A DNA stretch of 64,000 nucleotides, from contig MPNQ01000017.1 in NCBI GenBank assembly GCA_002239105.1, forward strand, positions 378 through 64,377. Reading direction: 5' to 3'. Shown here piece after piece: positions 17,136 through 27,002 of this stretch (positions are counted from its first letter, which is position 1; each line of letters begins with the position of its first letter). The stretch comes from a marine group bacterium Sva0996 bin134 (lineage in GTDB: Bacteria > Actinomycetota > Acidimicrobiia > Acidimicrobiales > Bin134). The position numbers were made by a program, and so were the translations under genes. The notes under the pieces were generated by a model, which was not told the DNA's origin, searched no databases, and was given only the letters and a program-made list of their open reading frames with translations.

Positions 17136-19880
17136 GTGAGAGGTCCGACGTGCCTGGGCCGAAGCGTCTTGGTCGGTTTGGGACAAGAGACGCCTCGGGA
17201 GTGGGGGGATTGCCGACGGCTGACGGTTCAAACCGGCACATTCAACCCCGAGGTTGGGCGGGAGTTGAGGCGAGCCTGGGTGGAGCGCACCCCCCTGGTG
17301 ATCGAACTGGATGGCGACCTTCCAGCATCTGAACCGGTGATGCACGCCCAGTGGTGGGATCTCAAACCGGGCTTCACCATGCCGGCTGAGGTGTTACGCC
17401 ATCTGCTGCTTTCGAACACTGTGGATTGTCGGGACCCCGAACACCCGCGATTCGAGCTGGGCCAACGGGCGCGGGAATTGGGGGCGCGGCTGTCGGGGAC
17501 CAACGAACCGGGCGATGTGGTTACCGAAGCCGGGCCGGTGTGGTGCGACGGCGGCCCGTTCAACGTGTTCGAGCCGGTGGATCTCGGGGCAGGGGCTGTC
17601 GGAGTGGTTCCGGCGGCGAACTTGGCGGTGGGCAGCCTGGCGCCGCTGGCTCCAGCCCCACCCCAGGCCGATCTGGCCGAAGACCAACGTGCCGCCGTTG
17701 GCCACTTGGGCGGGGCGGCCAACATCGTGGCCCCGGCCGGTTCGGGCAAGACCCGGGTGCTTACCGAGCGGGCCCGGTACCTGGTGCGCGACCTCGGCGT
17801 CGATCCCAAAGCCGTGTGCCTGGTGGCGTTCAATGTGCGGGCCCGAGCGGAGATGCAGGAGCGCACCGCTGATCTGCCCGGCCTTGAGGTGCGGACCCTG
17901 AACAGTTTGGCGCTGGCCGTCTGCAATGGCACCGGGCCGTTTGCCCGCCCCTGTGACCACGGCCGGGTGGAGGTGGTGGACGAGCGGGGCGTTCGGGATC
18001 TGCTCGACGGGATGGTGCCCCGCAAGCGGCGGGCCATGACCGACCAGCTCGCTCCCTGGATTGAAGCGCTGGGCGCGTCCCGGCTGGGTTTGCGTAACCC
18101 TGCCGAAGTGGAGCGCGACTACCACCCCGACGTACCCGATTTCTCGGTGATCGCGTCCCAATATGCCGACCTGCTCGACGACCGGGGCCTAGTGGACTTC
18201 GACCAGCAGATCATCCGGGCCATCGACATCCTGCTGAGCGACCCCGCCGCCCGCTCGGCCGCCCGGCGCACCTGTGGTGTCCTGCTGGTGGACGAATTTC
18301 AAGACCTCACCCCGGCCCACCTGTTGCTGGTGAGATTGCTCGCCGGGCCCCGATCCGACGTGTTCGGAGTAGGCGACGATGACCAGACCATCTACGGCTA
18401 CTCCGGCGCCTCCCCGGAGTGGCTCATCGACTACCACAAGCATTTCCCCGGAGCCGTGCGCCACGAACTGCACGTGAACTACCGCTGTCCAGCCGAGGTG
18501 GTGGAAGCGGCATCCAACCTGCTCACCCACAACCGCCGCCGCATCGAAAAACAGATCACCGCGGCCCCCGGCCGGGCTGGCTTTGGCGAGGGCGACTTGA
18601 GCCCTCCTATCACAGTCGAGACGGCGTCTGACGGGGCGCCGGTGCTGCGCGAAGCAATCGGTTCGCTCCTCGATGCCGGTGCCCGGCCACGAGATATCGC
18701 CGTGCTGACCAGGGTGAACAGCACGCTGCTGGTACCCCAGATCGTGCTTGGCGACATGGGAGTGCCCTCGGCTCAGCCGGTGGGACGCCTCTTTTTGGAG
18801 CGCACCGGGGTGGCCGCCGCCCTGGCCTGGCTGGACATCGCCACCGCCCCCGAGCGCGGTCTACCGGCCCGTGCGCTGTCGGACGCGGCTCGCCGCCCTC
18901 CCCGGGGCATTTCTCCCCGGGTCGTCGAGTGGATCGCTGAGCAGCAGAGCATCTCAGAGATCAAAGCGCTGGCTGGCCGGATCAAAGACGAGCGGTCGTC
19001 CCAGAAGGTGGGTGAATTCGCCGACGACGTCGAGATGCTGCGGTCGAAGATGAAAGAGGCCGGCGGCAGCGTCAGCACCCGGGCATTGCTGGAGACGGTG
19101 CGGGACGAACTGGGCCTGGGCGGCAGCCTTGACACCCGGTTGGACGCATCCCGCCGCTCAGTGGATCGATCGGCCCACGGCGACGACCTGCGAGCGCTCA
19201 TCTCGGTGGCCCACCTCCACCCCGACCCGGCCGATTTCCGCGGGTGGCTGGCCGACCGGTTGTCTGATGGCTACGAGGGTGACAGCGAACACGGTGTGCA
19301 ACTGGCCACCGTCCATCGGGTGAAGGGCCGGGAATGGCCCCACGTGATTGTGTACGAGGCGTCGAAGGGGCTGATGCCCCACCGCCTGGCTGGCGACCTT
19401 GAGGAAGAGCGGAGGGTTTTCCACGTTGCTATCACCCGGTGCTCGCAGTCGGTGACCCTCATATGCGGCGATCCGCCCACCGATTTCCGCAGCGAGCTGA
19501 CCGCCCGCTACCGGCCCCCTCCCGAGTCGCACCCGGAGGCGACTACCGGCCTGCTCACACCCCCTGTAGCGGCCGGCTCGGGCCCACCGCCGAAACCGGC
19601 CGCGGTGGCCAAACCCGCCAAACGCCCCAAACCGCAACCCCCAGCCGACCCTGTGGGCGCGGCCGCGTTCGAGGCCCTGAAGTCCTGGCGGCTGGAGCGA
19701 AGCCGGACCGACAACGTGCCCGCCTACATCGTGTTCAGCGACGCAACCCTCATCGAGCTGGCCAATCGCCGTCCTACCACCGACGCCGGTCTGCGGGCCG
19801 TGCCCGGCATCGGCCCTGCCAAATTGGCCGCCTACAGCGAGGCGGTCAAAGAAATCCTCGGCCAGTTCGTCAAGCCGTAA
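17136..19880 (+). CDS. UvrD/REP-family DNA helicase with a C-terminal HRDC domain and a ~190-aa N-terminal extension.
   Basis: Walker A APAGSGKTRV, DEFQD, YRCP, VHRVKGREW, and an HRDC-like AAFEALKSWRLERSRTDNVPAYIVFSDATLIELA. The start is uncertain. Confidence 0.85.
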   Translation: MRGPTCLGRSVLVGLGQETPREWGDCRRLTVQTGTFNPEVGRELRRAWVERTPLVIELDGDLPASEPVMHAQWWDLKPGFTMPAEVLRHLLLSNTVDCRDPEHPRFELGQRARELGARLSGTNEPGDVVTEAGPVWCDGGPFNVFEPVDLGAGAVGVVPAANLAVGSLAPLAPAPPQADLAEDQRAAVGHLGGAANIVAPAGSGKTRVLTERARYLVRDLGVDPKAVCLVAFNVRARAEMQERTADLPGLEVRTLNSLALAVCNGTGPFARPCDHGRVEVVDERGVRDLLDGMVPRKRRAMTDQLAPWIEALGASRLGLRNPAEVERDYHPDVPDFSVIASQYADLLDDRGLVDFDQQIIRAIDILLSDPAARSAARRTCGVLLVDEFQDLTPAHLLLVRLLAGPRSDVFGVGDDDQTIYGYSGASPEWLIDYHKHFPGAVRHELHVNYRCPAEVVEAASNLLTHNRRRIEKQITAAPGRAGFGEGDLSPPITVETASDGAPVLREAIGSLLDAGARPRDIAVLTRVNSTLLVPQIVLGDMGVPSAQPVGRLFLERTGVAAALAWLDIATAPERGLPARALSDAARRPPRGISPRVVEWIAEQQSISEIKALAGRIKDERSSQKVGEFADDVEMLRSKMKEAGGSVSTRALLETVRDELGLGGSLDTRLDASRRSVDRSAHGDDLRALISVAHLHPDPADFRGWLADRLSDGYEGDSEHGVQLATVHRVKGREWPHVIVYEASKGLMPHRLAGDLEEERRVFHVAITRCSQSVTLICGDPPTDFRSELTARYRPPPESHPEATTGLLTPPVAAGSGPPPKPAAVAKPAKRPKPQPPADPVGAAAFEALKSWRLERSRTDNVPAYIVFSDATLIELANRRPTTDAGLRAVPGIGPAKLAAYSEAVKEILGQFVKP

Positions 19881-21717
19881 GGGCCTCGCGGGCGGAGGCG
19901 GCGATGCCGGCGGGGTTGAGGCCGCAGTCGGCGAGGATCTGGTCGGGCACTCCCTGGGGGATGTACTCGTTGGGCACGCCCAGTACCCGTATGACCGGGG
20001 CCGGGCCGTCGCGCTCAGTGAGCAGCAGGCGCTCGGCCACGGAGCTGCCCGCACCGCCCTCTCGCCAACCGTCTTCCATGGTCACCACCACCCGATGTCC
20101 GGCAGCGTGGGTCAGCATGTCCTCGTCGAGGGGTTTGACGCAGCGGACGTCCCATACGGTGGTCGACACCCCGTCGGCCTCTAGGAGCTCAGCGGCTTGT
20201 TGAGCATTGGCCAGCATTTTGCCCACTGCCAGCAGACATACGTCGGTGCCCTCTTTGACCTTGCGGCCCTTGAGTCCGTGACCCACCTCTTCTTCGGTCA
20301 CCGAAGGCGCGGCGGTCTTGGACCACCGCAGGGACACCGGTCCGGTGGTGATCTCTAGGGCGTCGTGCAACATCTGCTGGATCTCCTGATATGACGACGG
20401 CGCCAGCACGGTCATACCGGGAATCTTGGTGAGCAGCACCATGTCGAGCACGCCGTGGTGCGAGGGACCGTCGTCGCCGGTGATGCCCGCCCGGTCGAGG
20501 CAGAACACTACGGGCTGGTTGTGCAGCCCCACATCGAGGTTCACCTGGTCGATTGCCCGGGTCAAGAATGTGGAATAGATGGCCACCACGGGGCGGAGCC
20601 CACCCATGGCCATGCCCGCGGCCGCGGTCACCGCGTGCTGTTCGGCGATGCCCACGTCGAAGCACCGGTCGGGGAATCGCTCGGCGAACGGCAACAGACC
20701 GGTGGAGTCGGGCATGGCCGCGGTGATGGCCACCATCTCTGGTCGAGCCTCGGCCTCTTTGATCATCGCCTCGGTGAACGCCTCGGTGTAGCTCCCCGGC
20801 TTGGCGTACGACATGTCGTGCATGTTCTTGACCGGGTCGTTCTCGGCCGGGGCGTGCCCCCGGCCCTTTTGAGTCAGCACATGCACAATGCAAGGACCCT
20901 CCAGATGGGAAACCCGGCTGAATACCCGCTCCAGCTTGGCCAGGTCGTGGCCGTCGAACGGGCCGAAGTAGTTGATGCCCAACTCGTCGAAGAACGTGCG
21001 GGGCTCCACCATCTCCCGGACTGCCGCCTTGGCGGCCCCCACGGTCCGGCCGGCCAGATCTCCCACCCAGGGGATGTTCTGAAGAACCTTTCGCATCTGG
21101 TTGTCGGTGCGGACATAGCGGGGGTCCATCCGAACCCGCAGCAGGCTCTCTGACAGCCGGGAGATGGTGGGAGCGTACGACCGCCCGTTGTCGTTGAGCA
21201 CCAGGGTCACGTCGCAGCCCGAGTGCCCGATGTTGTTGAGCCCCTCAAAGGCCACTCCGCCGGTGAGGGACCCATCGCCCACCACCGCGATCACTCGCCG
21301 GTGATCGCCGCCGGAGGCCTGTTGAGCCGTGGCCAGACCGTGGGCGTAGCTCAACACGGTGGAGGCGTGGCTGTTCTCGATCCAATCGTGGGGGGATTCC
21401 TCCCGGCTCGGGTAGCCCGACAGACCTCCGGGCTTGCGCAGCGTCTTGAACTGGTCCAGCCGTCCGGTGAGCATCTTGTGGACATAGGCCTGGTGGCCGG
21501 TATCCCACAAGATGATGTCCCGGGGAGAGTCGAACACCAAGTGAAGGGCCAGCGTCAGTTCCACCACGCCCAGGTTGGAGCCCAGGTGGCCGCCATGTTC
21601 CTGAACTGTCTCGATGATGAACTCGCGGATCTCCTCGGCGAGTTCGGTCAATTCATCGTCGCCCAGTCGGCGAAGATCGGCCGGGCAGGTGATCTTGCGC
21701 AGATGGTTGGTGTCCAC
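19870..21717 (-). CDS. dxs: 1-deoxy-D-xylulose-5-phosphate synthase.
   Basis: GGHLGSNLGVVELTLALH, GDGSLTGGVAFEGLNN, transketolase-like domains; 615 aa. Confidence 0.95.
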   Translation of the reverse strand: MDTNHLRKITCPADLRRLGDDELTELAEEIREFIIETVQEHGGHLGSNLGVVELTLALHLVFDSPRDIILWDTGHQAYVHKMLTGRLDQFKTLRKPGGLSGYPSREESPHDWIENSHASTVLSYAHGLATAQQASGGDHRRVIAVVGDGSLTGGVAFEGLNNIGHSGCDVTLVLNDNGRSYAPTISRLSESLLRVRMDPRYVRTDNQMRKVLQNIPWVGDLAGRTVGAAKAAVREMVEPRTFFDELGINYFGPFDGHDLAKLERVFSRVSHLEGPCIVHVLTQKGRGHAPAENDPVKNMHDMSYAKPGSYTEAFTEAMIKEAEARPEMVAITAAMPDSTGLLPFAERFPDRCFDVGIAEQHAVTAAAGMAMGGLRPVVAIYSTFLTRAIDQVNLDVGLHNQPVVFCLDRAGITGDDGPSHHGVLDMVLLTKIPGMTVLAPSSYQEIQQMLHDALEITTGPVSLRWSKTAAPSVTEEEVGHGLKGRKVKEGTDVCLLAVGKMLANAQQAAELLEADGVSTTVWDVRCVKPLDEDMLTHAAGHRVVVTMEDGWREGGAGSSVAERLLLTERDGPAPVIRVLGVPNEYIPQGVPDQILADCGLNPAGIAASAREALTA

Positions 21718-21760
21718 ATCCCTCCCATGGAGTTGGGCCCATTGAGTTGGGAGTGTCAGG

Positions 21761-22543
21761 TTACTCGCGGTTTCGCAGCTTTTGGTAGCCCCGGGCCGCA
21801 GCCCAGCCCACTCCCAGCGCGCCCAGCCCGCCCGCCGCGTCGATCCAGTAATGATTGGCCGTCACCACGATGGCGAACAGGGTCAGCCACGGGTAGGCGG
21901 CGATGGCCCATTTGGCGGCCGGGTTCACCAAGTGCTTGCGCAACGCCAGATAGCACCACATACTCCACGCGAAGTGGAGGCTGGGCATGGCGGCGTACTG
22001 GTTGGAGAGCGTCTCGGCCGCACCCGACGTGAATGACCACAGACCGCCCACGTCGGCCACCGTGTCGACATAGCCGGTGTCGGGCAGATCGCCGCCGTAA
22101 CGGCCCCCCACCGATAGCAGACGGGGGGGCATCAGCGGAAACAGCGCGAACCCGAACAGGGCCGATCCGGTGGTCAACAGCCCGGTGGTGCGCCAGAACG
22201 GGTAGTGCCGGGGGAAGCGCCAGTAGAGCCAGAGGAGGGTGAAGGCGGTGACCGCGAAGTGGAATAGCCCGTAGAAGAGGTTCCAGAACTGGATGAATGC
22301 CACCCAGCCGATGAACAGGTCTTGGAGGTCGCGCTCGAAGTACAGGCCGATGCTGCGCTCCCAGTCGATGACTAGCTCGGCGTTGGCCTGCGCCTCGGCC
22401 GGTTCCACCGCGGCCGACCCGAACTGGTTTCGCACCCAGGAGTAGATTCCGTAGAACGCGCCGATGACGGCCAGCTCCAGATACCAGCGGGGCCGGGTGC
22501 GGCTCTTGGCCTTGGTACCTGGTTTCAGGGTGGACAACTTCAT
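21761..22543 (-). CDS. PAP2-superfamily membrane protein (PAP2_3 / inositol-phosphorylceramide-synthase-like).
   Basis: Polytopic; AAMPSLHFAWSMW and TANHYWIDAAGG are PAP2 C2/C3-like motifs. Confidence 0.7.
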   Translation of the reverse strand: MKLSTLKPGTKAKSRTRPRWYLELAVIGAFYGIYSWVRNQFGSAAVEPAEAQANAELVIDWERSIGLYFERDLQDLFIGWVAFIQFWNLFYGLFHFAVTAFTLLWLYWRFPRHYPFWRTTGLLTTGSALFGFALFPLMPPRLLSVGGRYGGDLPDTGYVDTVADVGGLWSFTSGAAETLSNQYAAMPSLHFAWSMWCYLALRKHLVNPAAKWAIAAYPWLTLFAIVVTANHYWIDAAGGLGALGVGWAAARGYQKLRNRE

Positions 22544-22573
22544 GTCGGATAGGGGTCGAGATGCCAGCCGTGG

Positions 22574-23569
22574 TCAATTCCCATGTCGAGAGCGGGTGGC
22601 CCTCTGCCAGTGGCGGCCGCCGAATACCAGCGTGGGCAGCCCCACCAGGCTGCCGGCCACGGTGAGGAAGTAGATCAGCAGTCCCATGGCGATGGCCCGC
22701 TCGTCGATCACGCCCAAGTCGTGGAGGAACAGCACCAAGGCCCCCTCTCGCAGCCCGAGCCCCCCCAGGCCGATGGGAAGCACCTGGATGACGAGCACCG
22801 CGGGGATGAACACCATCAGCTCGGTGGGCCCCAGGCCGTCGATCCCCACCACCTTGGCCGCGCAACCGGCCGCGGCCAGCATCACCCCCTGGTAGGCGAA
22901 AGCGGTGATCAGCACTCGCCCGGTGTCGCGGGGCTTGGCCCGCAGTTCGTCGATGCCCATGTGTAGCCCGTTCACGAAGCGGACCCATCCGTTGCGCCTG
23001 CTGACCAAGCGGCCGAACCACTGATTGCCCACTAGCAGCAAGACCAGGCCGAGGGCCAGCAGAGTGAGACCGGCAGTGCTGGCCGCCACCCGAGCGGGCG
23101 CGCCCAGCCCCCGCAGCTCTTCGTCCAGCGCCAAGCCCACAAGCGTGAACACCGGCAGCACAATCCAGCCGCTGAGCCGCTCCAATAGCACTGAGGCGAA
23201 GCTGTGGGGGCCGTCGCCGGTGTCGTTGGAGAGGCGGGATATCCGCAGCACGTCGCCGCCCACGGTGGTGGGTACGAAGTTGGAGATGAACATGCCCGCC
23301 ATGTAGTGCGAGAACATCCGCCGAGGCTTCACCTGAAGCCCGAGAGCACTGGCCACCTCATGCCAACGGACAGTGGCCACCACATTGCCCAAGACGGTAA
23401 GTAGGAATGCGCCGATCAGCCAGAACGGGGTGGCCGAGTTGAAGTCGGGCCACAGCTCGTCGGCGTCGAACGACGGCAGCCACCAGATCAAAAGGGCGAG
23501 CAAGGCCATGCTGGCCCCCACTCTCAGGACGTAGCCGAGCGCTCGACGCTTTGTGTGCTTCTCAGTCAA
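22574..23569 (-). CDS. Flippase-like / lysylphosphatidylglycerol-synthase TM-region (UPF0104) membrane protein.
   Basis: 331 aa, polytopic. FISNFVPTTVGGDVLRISRL is typical of UPF0104. Confidence 0.7.
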   Translation of the reverse strand: MTEKHTKRRALGYVLRVGASMALLALLIWWLPSFDADELWPDFNSATPFWLIGAFLLTVLGNVVATVRWHEVASALGLQVKPRRMFSHYMAGMFISNFVPTTVGGDVLRISRLSNDTGDGPHSFASVLLERLSGWIVLPVFTLVGLALDEELRGLGAPARVAASTAGLTLLALGLVLLLVGNQWFGRLVSRRNGWVRFVNGLHMGIDELRAKPRDTGRVLITAFAYQGVMLAAAGCAAKVVGIDGLGPTELMVFIPAVLVIQVLPIGLGGLGLREGALVLFLHDLGVIDERAIAMGLLIYFLTVAGSLVGLPTLVFGGRHWQRATRSRHGN

Positions 23570-23694
23570 ACCAAGGCTCGCTGTCGCAGGGCTGAACGAC
23601 CACTTGGCACGCGCACTCAGCAGCGGCGGCCATTGGGGTCATTCCGCCAAGGCTATTGTCCCGGCGAGGTTCATTGGAGATTACGGTGAGGCGA

Positions 23695-25329
23695 ATGTCG
23701 GGGAAACAGGTGACGGGCCACGGGGGCGATCAAGTGCTGGCTGCCCTGGCCCCCTTCGGTGTTCAGGAGCTATTCACCCTGTCGGGGGGCCATATATTCC
23801 CGCTGTATGACGCCGCGGTGAAGCAAGGCGATGTGGTGCTCTACGACGTGCGCCACGAGCAGACGGCGGTATTCGCGGCCGAGGCCCTGGCCAAGCTCAC
23901 CCGTCGGCCGGGGGTGGCCGCGGTCACTGCCGGCCCCGGCGTGACCAACTCGGTGAGCGCGGTGACCACCGCCTGGCTCAACGGCGCGCCCCTGGTGGTG
24001 CTGGGCGGCCGAGCACCGGAGGCGCGCTGGGGGTCGGGCTCGCTCCAAGAGCTGGACCATGTCCCCATCTTGGCCCCGGTCACCAAGCAGTCGCTCACCG
24101 CCGGGGGCGGCGACGACCTGGCCACGGCCACTTACCGAGCGGTGCAAGGGGCCATGACCCCCCATCGGGGACCGGTGTTCGTGGACTATCCGATGGACGT
24201 GCTGTTCTCCGAGGGCACCGGAACCGTGCCCGACGAGCCCATGCCGATGGGCGCCACCCCCGATCCCGATGGGCTGGCCGCGGTGGCCGAGATGGTGGCT
24301 GCGGCCCGACGACCCGCGCTGCTGGTGGGCACTGACGTGTACTGGGACGGCGCCTGGGACGGTATGCGGGCCTGGGTGGAGGCCCAGCGGATGCCGGCTT
24401 TCGCCAATGGGCTGGGACGGGGGTGCCTGCCTGCCGACCATGAGCTGTTCTTCAGCCGCACCCGGCGGATGCTGCGCTCCGATGCCGACCTGGTGATTGT
24501 GGCCGGCACCCCGCTGGACTTCCGGCTCTCCTTCGGACGGTTCGGCGATGCCCAAGTGGTGCATCTGACCGACAGCTCGGAGTCGGTGTCGGCCCATGCC
24601 CAGCCTGCGGCGGCGGTCTCCGGAGACCTGACTCAGATGATGGCCGCACTGGCCGACGGGCCCGCGCCAACTCATCCCACTGAGCGCGGCCAATGGGTGC
24701 GACAGCTGCGGGACGCAGAGGACGCCGCCCGCGCCGAGGAGGAGGATCTCTTGACCACCGCCGCCGATCCGATTCTGCCCACCCGGGTGTACGGGGAACT
24801 GCGCCAGGTGCTCGACCGGGATGCGGTGGTAATCGGTGATGGTGGCGATTTCGTCTCCTACGCCGGGCGATTCGTGAACTCCTATCGGCCGGGTCACTGG
24901 CTCGATCCCGGCCCTTACGGCTGCCTGGGCACCGGACTGGGCTACGCGATGGCCGCCCGGGTGGTCCACCCCGACCGCCAGGTGGTGCTGCTGTTGGGCG
25001 ACGGGGCCGCCGGGTTCTCGCTGATGGACGCTGACTCGCTGGTGCGCCACAACCTTCCGGTGGCCATCGTGGTGGGCAACAACGGCTGCTGGGGGCTGGA
25101 GAAGCACCCCATGCGCCAGATGTACGGCTACGACGTAGCCGCCGACCTCCAAGAGGGGTGCCGCTACGACCAGGTGGTGGCCGCCCTCGGCGGGGCCGGG
25201 GAGACGGTGGAGCGTCCTGACGACATCGCCCCCGCCCTAAAGCGGGCGTTGGACGCCGGTGTGCCTTACGTGGTGAACATCATCTGCGATCCTGAGCACG
25301 CCTATCCTCGCCGCTCCAACTTGGGCTAG
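23695..25329 (+). CDS. Thiamine-pyrophosphate-dependent enzyme (acetolactate synthase large-subunit-like).
   Basis: Has the TPP N-, central and C-domains, with LLGDGAAGFSLMDADSLVRHNLPVAIVVGNNGCWG. ATG 23695 was chosen (listed start 23656 is TTG). Confidence 0.85.
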   Translation: MSGKQVTGHGGDQVLAALAPFGVQELFTLSGGHIFPLYDAAVKQGDVVLYDVRHEQTAVFAAEALAKLTRRPGVAAVTAGPGVTNSVSAVTTAWLNGAPLVVLGGRAPEARWGSGSLQELDHVPILAPVTKQSLTAGGGDDLATATYRAVQGAMTPHRGPVFVDYPMDVLFSEGTGTVPDEPMPMGATPDPDGLAAVAEMVAAARRPALLVGTDVYWDGAWDGMRAWVEAQRMPAFANGLGRGCLPADHELFFSRTRRMLRSDADLVIVAGTPLDFRLSFGRFGDAQVVHLTDSSESVSAHAQPAAAVSGDLTQMMAALADGPAPTHPTERGQWVRQLRDAEDAARAEEEDLLTTAADPILPTRVYGELRQVLDRDAVVIGDGGDFVSYAGRFVNSYRPGHWLDPGPYGCLGTGLGYAMAARVVHPDRQVVLLLGDGAAGFSLMDADSLVRHNLPVAIVVGNNGCWGLEKHPMRQMYGYDVAADLQEGCRYDQVVAALGGAGETVERPDDIAPALKRALDAGVPYVVNIICDPEHAYPRRSNLG

Positions 25330-25493
25330 TGGTCCGTCTGTGAATTGGCAGGGGCGGATTGCGACGGCAGCGGCGTTCCTCGCAAGGCGCACCGACGCAG
25401 CCATACCCGGAGCGTACGGCAAGGAGGAGCAACGCAGCGGGGGGCGTCGATGCCTAGCAGGACGCCCTGATCAATTTGCAGACGGACCACTAG
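25326..25493. repeat. 168-nt element bounded by a 22-nt inverted repeat (structured RNA or MITE-like element).
   Basis: CTAGTGGTCCGTCTGTGAATTG (25326-25347) pairs with CAATTTGCAGACGGACCACTAG (25472-25493) as 20 Watson-Crick plus 2 G:U pairs. There is an inner hairpin GGGCGTC(25442-48)/GACGCCC(25461-67). The TAG stop of the upstream gene (25327-29) lies in the left arm. Confidence 0.5.
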
Positions 25494-25570
25494 GACCGGG
25501 GCGAGCGGCCCCTGTTCCCGGTTGGGATGGGAGGTCGGTAGGCTGTGGCGTCGAGGCAAGGGGAGAACCT

Positions 25571-26962
25571 GTGATTGACGAGTCTGTTGTAGTCGGCACG
25601 CTGTCTGAGGCGTTGCGGACTGGGGGCGAGTTCGCCGAGGTCTTCGTCGAGGACCGGCGGTCGTCGTCGGCACTGCTGGACGACGGCAAAGTTGAAGAGC
25701 TCACCTCGGGCCGCACCCGAGGGGCCGGTATCCGGGTGGTGGTGGGCGAGACCACCGGCTTCGCCCACACCTCCGATCTGAGCGAGAACGGCTTGGCCAA
25801 AGCAGCCCGGGCCGCAGCCGCAGCCGCCCGGGGCGGTGGCGGTGGCCACCGGGTGGCGGCGCTCGACCGGGTGGACGCCCCTGCCCCCAACGAGATCGAG
25901 GTATTTCCCGAAACGGTGGCCAAGGGGACCAAGGTGGAGCTATTGGGCCGGGCCGACGAGGCGGCCCGAGCAGCCGGTTCGGCCATCTCCCAGGTGTCGG
26001 CCCGCTATGCCGACGGCCGCCGCCGCATCCTGGTGGCCAACAGCGACGGGCTGCTGGCCGGCGACGACCAGGTCCGCACCCGGTTCGCGGTCTCGTGCGT
26101 AGCCGTGGGCGACACCGGCATGCAGACCGGATTCGAGAGCGTGGGCCGTCCCATCGGCTTCGAGCTGTTTGACGAGTACGAGGTGGACGCCTTGGCCCGC
26201 ACTGCGGCCAACCGGGCGCTCACCAAGCTCGCCGCCCAGCCGGCGCCCAGCGGTTCGATGCCGGTGGTGATCGGCCCCGGCGGCGGCGGTGTGCTGTTCC
26301 ACGAGGCCTGCGGTCACGGCCTCGAGGCCGACCTGGTGGCCAAGCAGGCCTCGGTGTTCCGCAACCGGGTGGGCGAGCAGGTGGCCCACCCCGAGGTCAC
26401 CCTCATCGATGACGGGACCATGGCCCGGGAATGGGGCGCTTACGCCATTGACGACGAGGGCCGCCCCGCCCAGCGCAACGTGCTCATCGAGAAAGGCGTG
26501 CTCACCGACTACATGTGGGATCTGCTGCGAGCCCGCAAAGAGGGGCGGGAGAGTTCGGGCAACGGTCGCCGCCAGAGCTATCAGCACCTGCCCATGGTGC
26601 GGATGACCAACACCTACCTGGCCAACGGCACAGAGGATCCCCAAGACATCATCGCGGCCACCGACCGGGGGGTTTATGTGGCCCACCTGGGCGGCGGCCA
26701 GGTCAACACCGCCACCGGAGATTTCGTGTTCGGGATGAGCGAGGCCTATCTGATCGTCAACGGCGAGATCGGCCCCCCGATTCGCGAGGGCAACTTGATC
26801 GGCAACGGCCCCGACGTGCTGGCCGGCATCGAGGCGCTGGGCAACGACTTCGCCATGGGATCGCCGGGCACATGCGGCAAAGACGGCCAGGGCGTGCCGG
26901 TGGGCGACGGCACCCCCACGCTGCGGGTGGCGTCGATGACCATCGGCGGAACCGCGGCGTGA
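25571..26962 (+). CDS. tldD: Metalloprotease TldD.
   Basis: GTG at 25571 is preceded by GGGGAGAAC. FAEVFVEDRRSSS...GAGIRVV...HEACGHGLE (HExxxH-type motif). Confidence 0.9.
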   Translation: MIDESVVVGTLSEALRTGGEFAEVFVEDRRSSSALLDDGKVEELTSGRTRGAGIRVVVGETTGFAHTSDLSENGLAKAARAAAAAARGGGGGHRVAALDRVDAPAPNEIEVFPETVAKGTKVELLGRADEAARAAGSAISQVSARYADGRRRILVANSDGLLAGDDQVRTRFAVSCVAVGDTGMQTGFESVGRPIGFELFDEYEVDALARTAANRALTKLAAQPAPSGSMPVVIGPGGGGVLFHEACGHGLEADLVAKQASVFRNRVGEQVAHPEVTLIDDGTMAREWGAYAIDDEGRPAQRNVLIEKGVLTDYMWDLLRARKEGRESSGNGRRQSYQHLPMVRMTNTYLANGTEDPQDIIAATDRGVYVAHLGGGQVNTATGDFVFGMSEAYLIVNGEIGPPIREGNLIGNGPDVLAGIEALGNDFAMGSPGTCGKDGQGVPVGDGTPTLRVASMTIGGTAA

Positions 26963-27002
26963 CGCCCCGACAATCGCGGCCCAACCCCAACAGGACCGCC
27001 GC

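Noticed and set aside
25441-25466. Similarity between GGGGCGTCGATGCCTAGCAGGACGCC (25441-25466) and GGGGCGCGCATGCGCCTAGCAGAACGCA (about 38816-38844), as a possible dispersed repeat.
   Set aside because: It is only about 22 of 27 positions with an indel, and the flanks are unrelated. It is indistinguishable from chance in GC-rich DNA without a genome-wide search.
25340-25570. N-terminal extension of tldD (listed 25340..26962), and likewise 14326..14712 for the NfuA-like gene.
   Set aside because: The extensions cover the inverted-repeat element or the ABC permease and have no TldD/Nfu similarity. GTG 25571 (after GGGGAGAAC) and GTG 14713 / ATG 14737 give canonical N-termini.
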